Assembly: GCA_011109175.1 (NCBI GenBank)
Contig: RDEW01000051.1
Span: forward strand, 118,685 to 182,684
DNA from: Dicyema japonicum
Taxonomy: Eukaryota > Animalia > Dicyemida
Length of the DNA: 64,000 nucleotides
Direction: 5' to 3'
The notes beneath the pieces were generated by a model that worked only from the letters and a program-made list of their open reading frames with translations, searched no databases and was not told the DNA's origin. Positions 62,480 through 64,000 of the stretch are shown in pieces. The number at the start of each line of letters is the position of its first letter. Position 1 is the first letter of the stretch. The position numbers and the translations under genes were made by a program.

Positions 62480-63338
62480 CCTCATTTCGAGCTAAGGTCA
62501 TCTACGATTATCAGGTAAAATACAAGTTTCTGTTTGTCGTGATTTCAGGTTAAAATGAACTTGTTATTGATAGAACCAAACACGTGCAGAAAAGGAATGC
62601 CATCAGGGAAACATGGGGGGACTTGGTGCTGTTGGGAAGGATGAATTCTAAAATTGTCTTCTTCATCGGACAAAGTAAGCAAAGGGACACGTCGTCGATG
62701 ATAGAAAACGAACAAAAATTGCACAAGGACATTGTCATTAATAAAAATTTTATCGAAGATTACCTAAATTTGACACTAAAGGTTGAACAAGCACTCACGT
62801 GGGCATTGAATGAGTTCAAAGATTTTGATTACTTCGTCAAAATTGACGACGACGTCCTTTTGAATGTCGAAAATTTTGTCTTTTTTCTGCACAAAAGCAT
62901 ACCTAAAAAAATTAACTGCCAGGGTCCGCTCATATTTTGCTCAATCAACGCTTATCTGAAGCCAATAAGAGATCCCGAAAACAAGTGGTACCCTTTGTCT
63001 TATTAAGGTTTATCACTGAGGAGGAATATCCCGACTCAAGTTTCCCTGATTATTGTTCCGGACACGTGTATTTGATATCCAAGCAGGCCATCTCTCAACT
63101 TCTGAATAACTGTAGAAACCAAATCAGACTTAATTTTGACGACGTTTATTTCACCGGTAAATTACTCGGTGATTTGACAGGATTATGCCGAGTCGAAAAT
63201 AATATCCCGCTACTTGCACACCCAAAATTCGAACTTTCGAAGAATTCCAATATCTGCAAGTTTACTGACTATGCCACAAAAGTAAATCACTCCGAGGATT
63301 CTCTGAATGATTTAGTGGAGAAATTAGAAAACTGCTAA
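62480..63338 (+). CDS. GT31 beta-1,3-galactosyltransferase-like (5' end not resolved)
   Basis: FLFVVISEPKHVQKRNAIRETWG, DYLNLTLK, FVKIDDDV, RDPENKW, YPDSSFPDYCSG..Y, DDVYFTG; introns of 25 and 20 nt. Confidence 0.9.
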
Positions 63339-63439
63339 TAATCTCGATTTTATAGTAAATGCTCTTCCATTTTTATGAGGATCGATTAGTGGAGCGTAGA
63401 TAAGCGACTTGTGGTTTGCTAATTTTGCGGAAAATCAAT

Positions 63440-64000
63440 TTCGTGGAGTTTAATCATTACATAACTCTTAAAAAATCTACCGTGTAAAAGCTCTCGTCGA
63501 ATGGTCCCCCCTTTTTCACGAGAGCCATAATAGCTCCGCATAGACAGGATACATTGGATGGCAAACGAGATTCGCTCAAATAACTAGCAGCGCCCACGGG
63601 GATCTCCTGTTCGTGTAGAACTCCGATTCCATAGACGACTCGAGAATTCAAGCGTCGCAGGCTAAGGGAAGCAGAACTTATGCTAACTAATCGTTGAGGG
63701 AGACAAGGATGATCCAGCAAATTGTGATGTTTTTGCAAGAGTCCCCATCCCACAATTCTATTAAATTCCTCCAAGGAATAGTTTTTGAATAATTTCTTCA
63801 GTCTTTTCTGGTATCACCTCCATCAATTAGATGAGGGCTTCCATGCCTTCCGAGATAAAGTCCGCATAAGGCACAGCGTCTATCCACCCCTAAAGCCTCA
63901 TTTCTTAGAGTCCCGATTCCAAATGTGCTATAAATAATATGGGAGATAGAGGATCTTATCGTTGTCATGAATGGTTTTGAAAATACTCTTCCACAGAGAT
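63440..64000 (-). mobile_element. Possible L1/Tx1-like C-terminal relic
   Basis: IWNRD..K.GF.VD.RCALCG zinc-knuckle-like pattern with stops; weak. Confidence 0.3.

Noticed and set aside
1-64000. Ciliate (TAR=Gln) code or Blastocystis-type polyadenylation-created stops, given the tiny introns
   Set aside because: Conserved genes end at ordinary TAA/TAG/TGA at the expected homologous positions, with no in-frame TAR inside exons.

Overview
This is a eukaryotic nuclear window of roughly 38% GC (by eye), read in the standard genetic code. Compact host genes are cut by ultra-short GT-AG introns (about 20-28 nt, many 25 nt) and start right beside short AT-rich islands. Recognisable genes: MIC60/mitofilin 3' end, a peflin-like penta-EF-hand protein, TACO1/YebC, two SYS1 paralogues, a calmodulin-like protein, a RING-HC protein, IER3IP1/Yos1, a Rac-like GTPase, listerin LTN1, SMARCD/BAF60 and a GT31 galactosyltransferase. 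Between them lies a dense, diverse TE load: Ingi-like, RTE, CRE-like and other non-LTR elements, a tRNA-derived SINE, hAT, pogo/Tigger and a Helitron relic. The organism cannot be named from sequence alone; intron size and conserved intron positions would fit a compact-intron animal parasite such as a dicyemid (inference). Three signals stand out. (1) The palindrome CACGTG, mostly CCACGTG(G), occurs 49 times by manual count against about 8 expected. It sits inside host coding exons and old relics but is absent from young TE nests, resembling a eukaryotic highly iterated palindrome. (2) An Ingi-like LINE system carries a covarying HDV-like pseudoknot at its 5' end and 2A (StopGo) peptides before the endonuclease, with a multi-copy RIME-like non-autonomous partner. 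(3) An isolated 28S rDNA fragment spans exactly the R2/I-PpoI target. Several conserved genes carry 1-nt deletions in short homopolymers, so the assembly probably has long-read indel errors and some TE frameshifts may not be real.
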